A stretch of DNA of 64,000 nt from Eubacteriales bacterium (GTDB lineage Bacteria; Bacillota; Clostridia; Oscillospirales; CAG-272): assembly GCA_045659365.1 (NCBI GenBank), contig JAZOWT010000087.1, forward strand, positions 5-64,004, given 5' to 3'. The position numbers were made by a program, and so were the translations under genes. The notes under the pieces are model-generated. The model had not been told where the DNA came from, did no database searches, and was given only the letters and a program-made list of their open reading frames with translations. Shown one piece after another: positions 46,123-57,000 of the stretch. Each line of letters opens with the position of its first letter. Within the stretch, counting starts at the first letter, position 1.

Positions 46123-46538
46123 TATTCCTCGTGATGCGAGCGCTCGATCACAAAATCGACAGGTCTGCCAATTCTGTTGTAGTAATCGGCAACAGCGGTC
46201 TTAACCGCCTCCTCGGCAAGAACGGAGCAATGCACCTTTACAGGGGGAAGTCCCTCAAGTGCCTCAACAACAACGGAGTTGGTAAGCTTAAGTGCCTCCT
46301 CGATGGTCTTGCCCTTTATGAGCTCGGTTGCCATAGACGAGGTAGCGATTGCCGCACCGCATCCGAACGTCTTGAACTTGCAGTCAACTATAACGTCGTT
46401 TTCATCTATTTTGAGATACATCTTCATGATGTCGCCGCACTTCGCATTACCTACCATGCCGACGCCGTTTGCATCCTCGATCTCACCAACGTTTCTGGGA
46501 TTGGTGAAATGATCCATTACTTTTTCACTATACTGCAT
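46122..46538 (-). CDS. nifU: Fe-S cluster assembly scaffold (NifU/IscU N-domain type)
   Basis: Motifs NPRNVG, GNAKCGDIM, FKTFGCGAAIATSS and HCSVLAEEA. Confidence 0.9.
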   Translation of the reverse strand: MQYSEKVMDHFTNPRNVGEIEDANGVGMVGNAKCGDIMKMYLKIDENDVIVDCKFKTFGCGAAIATSSMATELIKGKTIEEALKLTNSVVVEALEGLPPVKVHCSVLAEEAVKTAVADYYNRIGRPVDFVIERSHHEE

Positions 46539-46559
46539 TTTTGTAAACTTTCCTTTGCA

Positions 46560-47738
46560 TTATTTATTGTTTTTAACTACTTCCTCCCACAGAGGGCTCA
46601 TGTTACGCAAGCGCTCTACAACTGCGGGAACTGTTTCGATAATATAGTCGATTTCCTCATCGGTATTATCGTGAGAAATCGAAAGACGGAGGGACCCGTG
46701 TGCTTTTTCGTGGGGTACGCCCATAGCAAGCAGGACGTGTGATGCCTCAAGAGAGGCGGACGAGCATGCCGAGCCGGTAGAGGCACAAATGCCCGAAATA
46801 TCAAGCCAGAGAAGCAAGCTTTCGCCCTCAATGAACTCGAAGCCGACGTTTACGTTTCCGGGGAGTCTGTTTGTTCTGTGACCGTTGAGCTTTGCGTAGG
46901 GGATTTTCTCAAGCGCCTCGATAAGTCTGTCGCGCATTTTTGTTACACGGGGTAGGTCATTAAGCTTTTCCTTGGCGATTTCAAGCGCCTTTGCAAGGCC
47001 TACGATGTAGGGGAGGTTTTCGGTACCGGATCTGCGACGTCTTTCCTGTCCGCCACCGTCAATAAGGTTGGGGATAACCACGCCCTTACGGATGAAGAGC
47101 GCACCGATTCCCTTGGGTGCATGAAGCTTATGACCGGAGAGTGCAAGCATATCTACCTTAAGCTCAGCAAGGTTGATATCGACCGCACCGACCGCCTGAA
47201 CTGCATCGGTGAACATAAGTGCGCCATGCTCGTGCGCGATCTCGGTTATTTCTGCGATGGGCTCGATTGTACCCACCTCATTATTTGCATACATTATTGC
47301 AACAAGAGCGGTCTTGTCGGTTACTGCCGCACGAAGCTCATCAAGCTTTACAACTCCGTCCTCATCAACACCTACGTAGGTAACGGTAAAGCCCTGGCGC
47401 TCAAGAGCGGCGCAGGTATGCAGAACTGCATGATGCTCTATCGCACTGGTGACTATATGGGTACGGCCCTTGGCCTTCATTCGCATAGCTGCGCCCTTTA
47501 TAGCCCAGTTATCCGATTCGGTACCGCAGGAGGTAAAGTAAATTTCGCCGGCCTCACATCCGAGCACGTTTGCGATGCGTGATCTTGCATCGTCAAGAAG
47601 CGCCTTTGCCTCCCTTCCCTTTGAATGAAGGCTGGAGGGGTTACCCCATACCGTTTCAAAGGCGGGTGCCATAGCGCTTATAACCTCGGGACTTACCGGG
47701 GTTGTTGCCGCATTGTCGACATATATCAGCTTTGACAT
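46560..47738 (-). CDS. nifS: Cysteine desulfurase (NifS type)
   Basis: PLP-lysine region LSGHKLHAPKG and active-site loop ASTGSACSS. Confidence 0.9.
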   Translation of the reverse strand: MSKLIYVDNAATTPVSPEVISAMAPAFETVWGNPSSLHSKGREAKALLDDARSRIANVLGCEAGEIYFTSCGTESDNWAIKGAAMRMKAKGRTHIVTSAIEHHAVLHTCAALERQGFTVTYVGVDEDGVVKLDELRAAVTDKTALVAIMYANNEVGTIEPIAEITEIAHEHGALMFTDAVQAVGAVDINLAELKVDMLALSGHKLHAPKGIGALFIRKGVVIPNLIDGGGQERRRRSGTENLPYIVGLAKALEIAKEKLNDLPRVTKMRDRLIEALEKIPYAKLNGHRTNRLPGNVNVGFEFIEGESLLLWLDISGICASTGSACSSASLEASHVLLAMGVPHEKAHGSLRLSISHDNTDEEIDYIIETVPAVVERLRNMSPLWEEVVKNNK

Positions 47739-47788
47739 TTTCTATTCCTTTTCAAGCCCTTTTCGGGGCATTTTTTATCTTCCGATAT

Positions 47789-47817
47789 ATTGTATACTAA
47801 ATTTGTGTATTTTTCAA
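47789..47817 (-). promoter_or_regulatory. Candidate promoter for nifS-nifU-mnmA
   Basis: On the minus strand: TTGAAA (47812-47817), 17-nt spacer, TACAAT (47789-47794). Confidence 0.45.
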
Positions 47818-47946
47818 TAGGTTTATAGACGTCATTTGTTAACTTTGTGTGAACAAGAGGCCTTTTCCCGCTATTTCGGGCACTTTTCGGCCACTTTTGG
47901 CATTTCGTATTCACAAACTCTTTAAATTATATTTAAAGATTATTTG

Positions 47947-47975
47947 TTGATGTTATGGCGCCATCTGAGTATAAT
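47947..47975 (+). promoter_or_regulatory. Candidate promoter for the peptidase gene
   Basis: TTGATG (47947-47952), 17-nt spacer, TATAAT (47970-47975). Confidence 0.5.
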
Positions 47976-48028
47976 TATTATGTATACTTGCGAAAATGTG
48001 CATTTGCACGTTATTAAACGGAGAATTT

Positions 48029-49885
48029 ATGTATTATAGATTGATTTCCCTGCTTTTGGTATTGTCGATGCTATTTGGCGGAGCACTTGCTCTCTCCGGC
48101 TGCGGCAGTGACACCCCGGACGATGGTATCCCACCGTCAGTGAGCGGCGACGATGGCGAGACCAACAAAAGCGTTATCGTACCCGAGTTTAAGGTCTACG
48201 ACAAAAAGACGGTACGCTTTGACGAGATAGAATATGCGCGCCCTGATGCAGAAAAGCTTATATCCGATTTCTCGTCAGTAACCGACATCATAACCGCGAA
48301 TGAGATTCCGTACGACGACCAGCTCGGAGCAATAATTTCACTGGAAGACGGATATCTTACGTTCAGAACCATGTATAGCTACTCAAACATCCTTATGTCA
48401 AAGGATACGAGAGACACCTACTGGTGCGATGAGTATAGCTACATTTCGGGCTTTGTCCCCCTCTTTACCAGCACGATTGAAAAAATGTTCGTTGCGGCGG
48501 CACAGTCTGAGCATGCATTAAGGTTCGAGGAGGACTACTTTGGCGACGGACTTATCGAGGAGTACTCTGAGGGCGGTATATATACCGATGCGCTTGTAAA
48601 GCTTATGGAGGAGGAGACGGAGATCGAGAACCGATACTCTTCCCTTTCAACCGCGAACGTGGTCATAACCTATAAGAGCATGACCGACACCTTTGATAAC
48701 ATCGTTGCCTTCTTCATCGAGGCATACGGCGAGGGCACACTCACCTATTCTTTGGCGCTTGAGGAGTGCGAAGAGATTTATCAGGCGCGTGTGAACGAGC
48801 TATCCCGCGAGATGCTTGTTGACCTCTTCAAGGTCAGAAAGAGGATCGCAAACGAGCTTGGATATACAAGCTATGCGGATTATGCATACGAAACGATATA
48901 CCACGATTACACCAAGGAGCAGATGCTCAGCTTTATAAATGACGTATCAGAATACGTGATACCGGTTTATTACAACGTCAGCTACTACGTTTTGTGGCCG
49001 TATTTTGACCAGCTTGATCAGATGCCACTTGTTGACAGGATCGACCTTATCAACACGCTTTACTACGCGTATGAGGATATGGATGCCGAGCTTCACGACA
49101 TTTATTCCTACATGCTTCAATTCGGGCTTTATGACATAGACGGCGGAAGCGAAAATCGTTTTGATGGCTCGTTCTGCACATATCTTGACAGCTTCGAGGC
49201 TCCGTACATTTTCATGTCGGCAGGCGGTGGCTGTGAGGACTATATGACGCTTGCGCACGAGTTTGGACACTTCGTTGACTCATATATCAATAACGATGCA
49301 TCTACCTCAATGGATCTGCTCGAGGTTTCAAGCCAGGCGCTCGAGTATCTCACCCTGACCGAGATCAGAGATGATATTACCGAGGAGGAATACAAGTTCC
49401 TGCTCTACTCTCAGATTTCAAGCACCTTTGACGTATTGCTCTTCCAGAGCTTTTATGCGTTGTTTGAGCACTATGCCTACGACATCGCCTACGACTCGAT
49501 CACCGAGGAGGAGCTGGTCAGCGCTATGAAAAGAGCGGCAGAGGATATGGGAATGTCAAGCGACTACTTTGACACGCTCGACCACGTTATTATTCCTCAC
49601 ATCATGCTTTATCCGTTCTACGTGCAGTCTTACACCGTTTCGGCTTCGGTTTCACTCGAGATCCATTACGTTGAGCTGGCCAATGACGGAGCGGGACTTA
49701 GGGCATATCTTGAGCTTGTAGACCGAGATGACGATACGCTTACACTGGAGCAGAATCTTCACGAGTCCGGGCTCACCTCTCCATTTTCAAAGAATTATCT
49801 TAAAGCACTGGCAGACATGATACATTACGATATCATGGGCGCACACTTCTATAAGGAAAGCACCGGCCAGGATAATGCAGCATAA
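48029..49885 (+). CDS. Lipoprotein zinc metallopeptidase (HEXXH; M3/PepF-like)
   Basis: Lipobox LALSGCGS and HEFGHFVD with a downstream Glu (EVSSQALE). Start at MYYRLISLL, which has a GGAG RBS. Confidence 0.65.
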   Translation: MYYRLISLLLVLSMLFGGALALSGCGSDTPDDGIPPSVSGDDGETNKSVIVPEFKVYDKKTVRFDEIEYARPDAEKLISDFSSVTDIITANEIPYDDQLGAIISLEDGYLTFRTMYSYSNILMSKDTRDTYWCDEYSYISGFVPLFTSTIEKMFVAAAQSEHALRFEEDYFGDGLIEEYSEGGIYTDALVKLMEEETEIENRYSSLSTANVVITYKSMTDTFDNIVAFFIEAYGEGTLTYSLALEECEEIYQARVNELSREMLVDLFKVRKRIANELGYTSYADYAYETIYHDYTKEQMLSFINDVSEYVIPVYYNVSYYVLWPYFDQLDQMPLVDRIDLINTLYYAYEDMDAELHDIYSYMLQFGLYDIDGGSENRFDGSFCTYLDSFEAPYIFMSAGGGCEDYMTLAHEFGHFVDSYINNDASTSMDLLEVSSQALEYLTLTEIRDDITEEEYKFLLYSQISSTFDVLLFQSFYALFEHYAYDIAYDSITEEELVSAMKRAAEDMGMSSDYFDTLDHVIIPHIMLYPFYVQSYTVSASVSLEIHYVELANDGAGLRAYLELVDRDDDTLTLEQNLHESGLTSPFSKNYLKALADMIHYDIMGAHFYKESTGQDNAA

Positions 49886-49931
49886 AAAAAGCAGATACGT
49901 ACCGATTTTTTTCGTACGTATCTGCTTTTTT
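49884..49931. terminator. Bidirectional terminator
   Basis: GCAGATACGTAC (49891-49902) pairs with GTACGTATCTGC (49914-49925). Flanked by A7 and T6. Confidence 0.8.
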
Positions 49932-49934
49932 GTT

Positions 49935-51851
49935 TTATTGCTCGGCAGAAATATAATGCTGTGCCTGAGTGGTGAAGAGCTTGTAATACTCGCCGCCGTG
50001 GGCCATAAGCTCCTCGTGTGTACCCATTTCAACAAGTCGGCCGCCACCGATAACAACGATCTTACCGGCAGTTACGGCATTGGAAAGACGGTGTGAAACG
50101 AAGACACTTATCTTGCCCTTGGCAAGCTCGGAGAACTGATTGAATATCTCCTCCTCGGCTATTGCATCCAGAGAGGACGTGGGCTCGTCGAGGATAAGTA
50201 TGTCTGACTTTTTGTAGAACGCGCGGGCAACCGAAAGCTTCTGCCACTGGCCGCCGGAAAGCTCGACACCGTTTTCCTCAAACATTCTTGTAAGGGGGGT
50301 ATCGTATCCGTCGGAGAGGCTTGAAATAAATGAATCTGCATTGCCGGATAATGCCGCGGCCTTTACCGCCTCCGGGGTGTGGTCACGATCTATATCGCCA
50401 TAGCGGATATTCTCACCGGCCGTTTCAGCATACTTGCCAAAGTCCTGGAAGATTATACCGAACAGGTCGTAATATTCCTCGGGAGAATATTCCTTAATGT
50501 TACGCCCGTCAAGCAGTATCTCACCCTCGGTGACGTCGTAAAGACGGGTAAGAAGCTTGATGAGTGTGGTTTTGCCCGCTCCGTTAAGGCCGACAAGAAC
50601 GACCTTTTCACCCGAGTTAAGTGTAAGGTTAAGTCCGTCTATGACCTTTTTATCGGTTCCGGGGTAGGAGAACGAAACGTTGCGGAATTCAATGGTATGA
50701 GGAGCACCGCGCTTAGGGATAGCGGGCTCTTCAAGTGTAGAGATAACGGTACGCTTTTCCTTCATAAACTCTATCATATTATCGATGAAGAGCGTTCCCT
50801 CGTAGATAGTTGCGGTGGCGGTAACGAGGGTGGTAACATAGGTTGCTACCGATGTAAGCGAGGTAGTATAGAGTGAGTAATCACCGATCTGTCCGTCACG
50901 AAAGACAACGTCATATGCAACGTATCCGAAGAGCATACAGGTCGCAACGGTGAAAAGGAGACTGACTACCATTCGCCAGATCGTCTCGTTGATAACCAGC
51001 TTCTTCAGTCCGGCGAAATACTTTTTGAATACGATTTTATACTTAGCGATAAAGGTGTCGGACAGGCCGAGGATCTTTATCTCCTTGACGTAGTCCTTGT
51101 TTACCATAAGGTCGGAGTAGTAGTTCATCGCGCGACGATCCTTGGAATGCATGCGCATGTAACGGAAATTGCGACGACGGTAATAATAATTCACAACAGC
51201 GCCCGGAACCGCCGCTACTATAATGATGACGGGAGCGATCGGGCTGAGGGTGATAAGAACGATAATGTAGGAGACAATGCTGATGATCGCGCTTATGACC
51301 TTGAAGGTTGCGTTGAGTATGTTGATCGGGCGCATACCCGCCTCACGGTTAGCATTCTCAAGCTTTTCGTAAAACTCGGGAATATCGAACGAGCGCATAT
51401 CAACTGTTTTTGCCTTGGTTATTATTTTCAGCTTTATGTGATTAACAACAAGCTCACCGGCTACGGCATTCACCATTGCATTGAGGCGCGCGAGCACCCT
51501 GGTGATGAACTGATGAATGAACAAAAACAGGAAAAGAAATAACACGGGGCGCAGGGTAACGAATACATCGGTGTAGACATTGCCCGACGTGGTGGAGCCT
51601 AAAAGCCCCTGTATGCCGTTAAGAAGATCCTTGGTTATATAGGAGCCAATGACGGGAAGAACACCGTCAAGGATACAGAGAGCGACCATACCGATAAAGA
51701 GCAGCGGTGCAGTCTCCCAAACCAGAGATACTATGTAAAAAAGACGACTGAGTAAGCCCTTGACAAGGCCGAAGGCATATGGGAAGAATGCCTTAAATCC
51801 CTTTGGACGCTCAGGGCGCTTCGAGGCATGACGCATTGTCGGTCCCATCAT
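49935..51851 (-). CDS. ABC exporter, fused TMD-NBD half-transporter (MdlB/MsbA-like)
   Basis: Six TM segments. Walker A GLNGAGKTT, signature LSGGQWQK, Walker B ILILDEPTS. Confidence 0.85.
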   Translation of the reverse strand: MMGPTMRHASKRPERPKGFKAFFPYAFGLVKGLLSRLFYIVSLVWETAPLLFIGMVALCILDGVLPVIGSYITKDLLNGIQGLLGSTTSGNVYTDVFVTLRPVLFLFLFLFIHQFITRVLARLNAMVNAVAGELVVNHIKLKIITKAKTVDMRSFDIPEFYEKLENANREAGMRPINILNATFKVISAIISIVSYIIVLITLSPIAPVIIIVAAVPGAVVNYYYRRRNFRYMRMHSKDRRAMNYYSDLMVNKDYVKEIKILGLSDTFIAKYKIVFKKYFAGLKKLVINETIWRMVVSLLFTVATCMLFGYVAYDVVFRDGQIGDYSLYTTSLTSVATYVTTLVTATATIYEGTLFIDNMIEFMKEKRTVISTLEEPAIPKRGAPHTIEFRNVSFSYPGTDKKVIDGLNLTLNSGEKVVLVGLNGAGKTTLIKLLTRLYDVTEGEILLDGRNIKEYSPEEYYDLFGIIFQDFGKYAETAGENIRYGDIDRDHTPEAVKAAALSGNADSFISSLSDGYDTPLTRMFEENGVELSGGQWQKLSVARAFYKKSDILILDEPTSSLDAIAEEEIFNQFSELAKGKISVFVSHRLSNAVTAGKIVVIGGGRLVEMGTHEELMAHGGEYYKLFTTQAQHYISAEQ

Positions 51852-51854
51852 TTT

Positions 51855-52499
51855 TCATTCACCGCCTTTCCTTTTTCTTTTAGATCTACCGATCCTCGTC
51901 TTTCCGGTAAGGCACGACCAGATGATCACTATCACCTGAGCGGGGATCCCTACGAGGAATATAGGCCACGTATTTAAGCCGAATATAACTAACAGAGTCA
52001 TAAATGCCGCAAGCAATACCGACCAGATCAGAACGGATATGATCAGGTAATTTACCTTATACCTGCCCCAGATCGAATTGAAGACAAGTGCGACGATCGA
52101 GCTTACGGGGATCGCATATACGAACATAAGCCAGGGACGAAGCACTATGTCGGGACAGAAGATAAGCATGCCGACAAAGGCAAGTGTGGCGATAAGCCAG
52201 ACGAGTGATGTTGCCAAGATTGAAACGACCAGGCGATTGCGCGTTGTAGCACCGGTGTGCTCTGTCATTTGTTCAGTGCCTTGCGTGTGCTCATCCTCAA
52301 GAAGATAATCGACACTCACACCGAAATAATCTGCGATGCGCTTCAGCATAAATATATCGGGCACGGACTCGCCGCGTTCCCATTTTGAGATAGCCTTATC
52401 CGAATAGGATAGCACCTCTGCCAGGGCTAGCTGTGTCATTCCTGCACCTGTGCGAAGATCACATATATTTTTGGCTATCGTGTCACGAAGTTGTGTCAT
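51855..52499 (-). CDS. XRE-family HTH regulator with a C-terminal 4-TM membrane domain
   Basis: HTH_3 segment MTQLALAEVLSYSDKAISKWERGESVPD, followed by hydrophobic helices. Confidence 0.8.
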   Translation of the reverse strand: MTQLRDTIAKNICDLRTGAGMTQLALAEVLSYSDKAISKWERGESVPDIFMLKRIADYFGVSVDYLLEDEHTQGTEQMTEHTGATTRNRLVVSILATSLVWLIATLAFVGMLIFCPDIVLRPWLMFVYAIPVSSIVALVFNSIWGRYKVNYLIISVLIWSVLLAAFMTLLVIFGLNTWPIFLVGIPAQVIVIIWSCLTGKTRIGRSKRKRKGGE

Positions 52500-52562
52500 T
52501 TCCGTATCCTTTCTGAAGAATTAATGTATATAGGTGGCACCCGTGTGCCGAAAAAATCAAAA

Positions 52563-53054
52563 TCAAACAAACCGACCATGAGAAAAGAGAGGTGCTTTAT
52601 CAAGCATTACAATACCGTACGAGGGTGTGTATCCCGAGGCCGGGCCGGGATTGAAGAGATAGAACGGATGCTCATCATCCGGAACGTACTCCTCGTGCGG
52701 AGTGTGGGTATGACCGAAGAGAACTATATCAGCTCCCTGCTCTATCGCAAGGCGCTTTAAGGCAGCGGTGCCGTACTTGGCACTGTAATGGTGGCCGTGG
52801 GTTGCAACTATCCTGAATCCCGAAAGAGTGATCGACTCAAGCTTTTCTACCGCGGCACCACGGAAATATGCGGCATAGTCGTTATTTCCCCGCACGACTA
52901 TCCATGAAATGTCAGGAAACATATATGCAAGCGTATCGACGTCCTCGACACCGTCACCGAGGAAAAATACCGCCTCGGCATCCCTATGCATATTGAGTGC
53001 CTTGCGCATAAAAAACGTGGTTCCGTGAGAATCGGAAAAAACTAGAATTTTCAA
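52563..53054 (-). CDS. YfcE/MJ0936-family metallophosphoesterase
   Basis: Motifs MKILVFSDSHG, FLGDGV, GNND and GHTH. Confidence 0.8.
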   Translation of the reverse strand: MKILVFSDSHGTTFFMRKALNMHRDAEAVFFLGDGVEDVDTLAYMFPDISWIVVRGNNDYAAYFRGAAVEKLESITLSGFRIVATHGHHYSAKYGTAALKRLAIEQGADIVLFGHTHTPHEEYVPDDEHPFYLFNPGPASGYTPSYGIVMLDKAPLFSHGRFV

Positions 53055-53132
53055 GTTAAGGTGCTCCTGCTTTCACAACAAAATTACGATCTGCATACAT
53101 TGAATACAAAAGACAAAAAAGGAGACTGTGCT

Positions 53133-53354
53133 ATGCAGATAAATCGCGAGATGCTTGCCAAAATGGCGACAATGAACGACACCGAGTTATGGAAACAAAT
53201 ACGCGCGGTGGCGAAAAATTACGGATACGAGCTATCCAATAAGCAACCAACACACCAGGAGCTTGAGAAAATGCGCTCACTTATGCGGGGCGACGTGCAG
53301 ATAAGCCCGATTGATGCAATGCGTCTTATAAACCAGTACAAAAGCAAGGGTTGA
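53133..53354 (+). CDS. Small hypothetical protein (73 aa)
   Basis: AAAGGAG RBS before the ATG at 53133. First gene of a tightly spaced trio. Confidence 0.55.
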   Translation: MQINREMLAKMATMNDTELWKQIRAVAKNYGYELSNKQPTHQELEKMRSLMRGDVQISPIDAMRLINQYKSKG

Positions 53355-53359
53355 TAGAT

Positions 53360-53665
53360 ATGGCAGACACCGATATTTCAAGAGTTGTAAGCCTGATCAT
53401 GGAAAACCCAAAGCTTATAGAGGAAATAAAGGGACTGGTTGAAAAGGATAGCGGCACTGAGAGTCCGGCAGGCGCAAAGGAGCCTGAGCCTATGCCAGCA
53501 CGGACAGAGGCGCCACTTGAGATAAGCAACCCGGAAATGCGACACAAGAAGCGGCGACAGGATCTTTTAAGCGCACTGAAGCCGTACATATCAGACGAGC
53601 GCAGAAAGGCCGTCGAGTCCTTTGTTACGATTGCCGATATTCTCGATATGATGAGGGAGAAATGA
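53360..53665 (+). CDS. Small hypothetical protein (101 aa): helical ends, Pro/Glu-rich centre
   Basis: ATG lies 5 nt after the upstream stop. Its stop overlaps the next ATG (ATGA). Confidence 0.55.
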   Translation: MADTDISRVVSLIMENPKLIEEIKGLVEKDSGTESPAGAKEPEPMPARTEAPLEISNPEMRHKKRRQDLLSALKPYISDERRKAVESFVTIADILDMMREK

Positions 53666-54012
53666 TGTATACCGGTAACTATTTTTCAAAGGAAAAGGAA
53701 ATAAGTGTGCCGCTTGATTACAGCGGCAGTGCATTCACCGAAGAGAACACTGCAGACTCACCGTCCATGAATGACGATGCTGAAGCAACTATGGCGGGTG
53801 TCAGGAGCGGCGGGATATTCGAAGCAATCACCTCGATCTTTCCCATCGGGAGGATATTACCCGATGGGATGAAGAATGCCCTGCACCTTGAAAAATTCAA
53901 GATCGGAACCGAGGAGCTGCTTATCATCGCGCTTGCGCTGTTTTTGTTTCTCTCAAAGGAGGGCGACAAGGAATGCGCGATAATACTGTTTTTGCTTCTT
54001 TTTGTCAACTAA
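53662..54012 (+). CDS. Small hypothetical protein (116 aa) with a C-terminal hydrophobic hairpin
   Basis: GAGGGAG RBS. C-terminus LLIIALALFLFLSKEGDKECAIILFLLLFV. Confidence 0.55.
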   Translation: MMYTGNYFSKEKEISVPLDYSGSAFTEENTADSPSMNDDAEATMAGVRSGGIFEAITSIFPIGRILPDGMKNALHLEKFKIGTEELLIIALALFLFLSKEGDKECAIILFLLLFVN

Positions 54013-54062
54013 TGTAAACTTTGTTTTACACAATTCGCAGATACAACGTATCCCGTGTAAAA

Positions 54063-57000
54063 TTAAAAGAGTGTGAACTGGTTCGTTTCGGAAAGTCCGT
54101 CAAGCACGTGATTTCGTCTTAAAACCTCTATAACGGTCTTTGAAATACCCGAACGCTCGCGCAATTCCTCGACTGAATAGATGTTGTAATTATCACGGGC
54201 ACGTATGATCTTTTCGGCGGCACCGTCACCAAGACCGGAGAGTGAATTGAAGGGCATTCTTATCTTTCCGTTTTCGGGCAGGAATGCCGTTGCATCCGAC
54301 TTTTTAAGATCTACGTTAAGGAACTGTACGCCTCTGGCAAGTGCCTCGCGCACGAGGTAAAGGGTGGCGAGCAGTTCCTTATCCTTTTGAGATGCCTCCT
54401 GCTTGCTTTCCTTTTCCTCAAGGTCCTTTATGGCATTATTTACACCCGGGTAACCGCCACCGACGATCTCCGCATCGAAGCCTGCGGGGGCAACGGTGAA
54501 GAAGGCGGCATAGAACTCCATGGGGTAGTATATCTTGTACCAGCCAAGACGTATAGCCGACATATCGTATGCAGCCGCGTGTGCCTTGGGGAACATGTAT
54601 TTGATCTTCTTACACGACCAGATGTACCAATCGGGTACACCGTGCTCTATCATGATCTTTTCCCAGTCGGGGGTAAGTCCCTTACCCTTTCTTACCGACT
54701 CCATTATCTTGAACGAGGTGGAGTCGTCAAGTCCCTTCTGGATGAGGTAAAGCATGATACCGTCACGCGTTCCCACAACCTCAGAAATGGTAGCCTTGCC
54801 CTGTTTGATAAGCTCCTGCGCGTTACCGAGCCATACGTCGGTGCCGTGGGTAAGACCGGAGATCTGGAGAAGGTCGGCAAAGGTCTTGGGCTGTGCATCA
54901 AGAAGAACCTGCTGAATGAATCTTGTACCCATCTCGGGGATACCGTACGTGCCGAGCAGACATCCACCGATATCCGCGGGAGTTATACCGAGGGGAGCTG
55001 TGGATGCAAAAAGCTCATAGACCGAGCGGTCGTTCATCTTAACGTCAAGAACACTGGTGTTAGTATAGCGCTCAAGCATTTTATACTTGGTCGGCATATC
55101 GTGGCCAAGCTCGTCAAGCTTCAGTATCGTATCGTGAAGATACGAGAACTGGAAGTGGGTGGTGATTATATCTGAGTTAGGGTCATCTGCCGGGTGCTGT
55201 ACGGGAGTGAAATCATAGATCTCATACTCCTTAGGTACAACTATGATACCTCCGGGGTGCTGGCCTGTGGTACGCTTGATACCGACAAGCTTTGTGACCA
55301 TATGCGCGGTTTCGGCCTTTGGTATCTTTATCTTGCGCTCCTCGAGGTACTTGCTTATATATCCCCATGCGGTCTTGTCGGCAAGAGTACCAATGGTTCC
55401 GGCACGGAACACGTGTCCCTCACCGAAGAGCTCCTCGGTGTATTTATGGACCCTGCCCTGCACGTCACCGGAGAAGTTAAGGTCTATATCGGGTGATTTG
55501 TCGCCCTTGAATCCGAGGAAGGTTTCAAAGGGGATATCCTGTCCGTCGGGGAAAAGGGGCTCTCCGCAGACAGGACATGCCTTATCAGGCAGGTCAAAGC
55601 CCGAGCCGACAGATCCGTCAGTGAAGAACTCTGAGTACTTACACTTGGGGCATCTGTAATGGGGCGGGAGGGGGTTAACCTCAGAGATACCGGACATTGT
55701 TGCAACGAGCGAGGATCCAACCGATCCACGCGAGCCGACAAGGTAGCCAAGGCTCTCCGAATATGCAACAAGCTTTACCGATATCATATAGAGGCCGGCA
55801 AAGTTGTGTTTAATGATAGAGTCAAGCTCCTTTGTAAGGCGCTTCTCTACTATTTCCGGAATTTTCTCGCCATACCAGTCATGCGCACGGTTCCAGCAGG
55901 ATTCGGTAAGCTCCTCGTTTGCACCGGGCATAATGGGGTCAAAACGGCCCTCAGGTATAGGACGGATCTTATCGCACATATCTGCGATCTTGTTTGGATT
56001 CTCTATTACTATCTCGCGCGCAACGTCCTCGCCAAGGTAGGAGAACTCCTCAAGCATCTCGTCAGTCGTGCGCAAGTAAATAGGTGTAGACTCGTCCGCA
56101 TCCGAGAACTTCATACCGGCAAGAAGTATGCTACGGTATATCTCATCCTCTTTATTAAGGAAATGCGCGTCACAAGTAGCACAAACAGGCTTGCCAAGCT
56201 TTTTACCTAGCTCGTATATCTGTCTGTTGAGGGCGCGCAGACCGTCATCATCCGCAATCTTTCCCTCTCTTATAAGGAAACGATTGTTCGCGATGGGCTG
56301 CACCTCGAGGTAGTCATAGAATGATGCAATATCCTCTATTTCCTGCGTGCTTCGTCCGTCAAGAATTGCACGGAAGAGCTCGCCTGCTTCACACGCGGAG
56401 CCGATTATAAGTCCCTCTCTGTACTGCTCAAGCACCGATTTGGGAATACGCGGGAATCTCTTATAATAATTAAGATAGCTAAAGGATATAAGCTTATAAA
56501 GATTGCGAAGACCGTCACGTGTCTTTGCAAATATTATCATATGGTAGGGGCGAAGCTTTAATGGGTCAGAGCTTTCACTCATCGCCTCAAGCATTTCCTC
56601 AAACGTTCCGATACCGTCACTGCGCATACGCGACTGCATAACAAAGAATATCTCGGCAAGCACGCGTGCATCATCAGATGCTCTATGGTGGTGGAAGTCC
56701 TCGAGTGCGTAATGCTTTGCTATGGTATCAAGCTTATGATTTTTAAGCTCAGGGTTTACAAACTTGGAAAGTCCGACTGTATCAAGGAACGTGTTGGTAA
56801 AGGGGAGTCCGTGTCGCTCTGCAGCTACGCGGATAAATCCAACGTCAAAGTTGGCATTATGAGCAATAAGCATACGGTCGCCTGCAAAGGCAAGGAACTG
56901 TTCAACCGCCTCTCGCTCTTTAGGTGCGCCCGCAACCATATCGTCGGTGATTGACGTAAGCTCGGTGATCTCGGCAGGAATGGGCATTTCGGGATCGACA

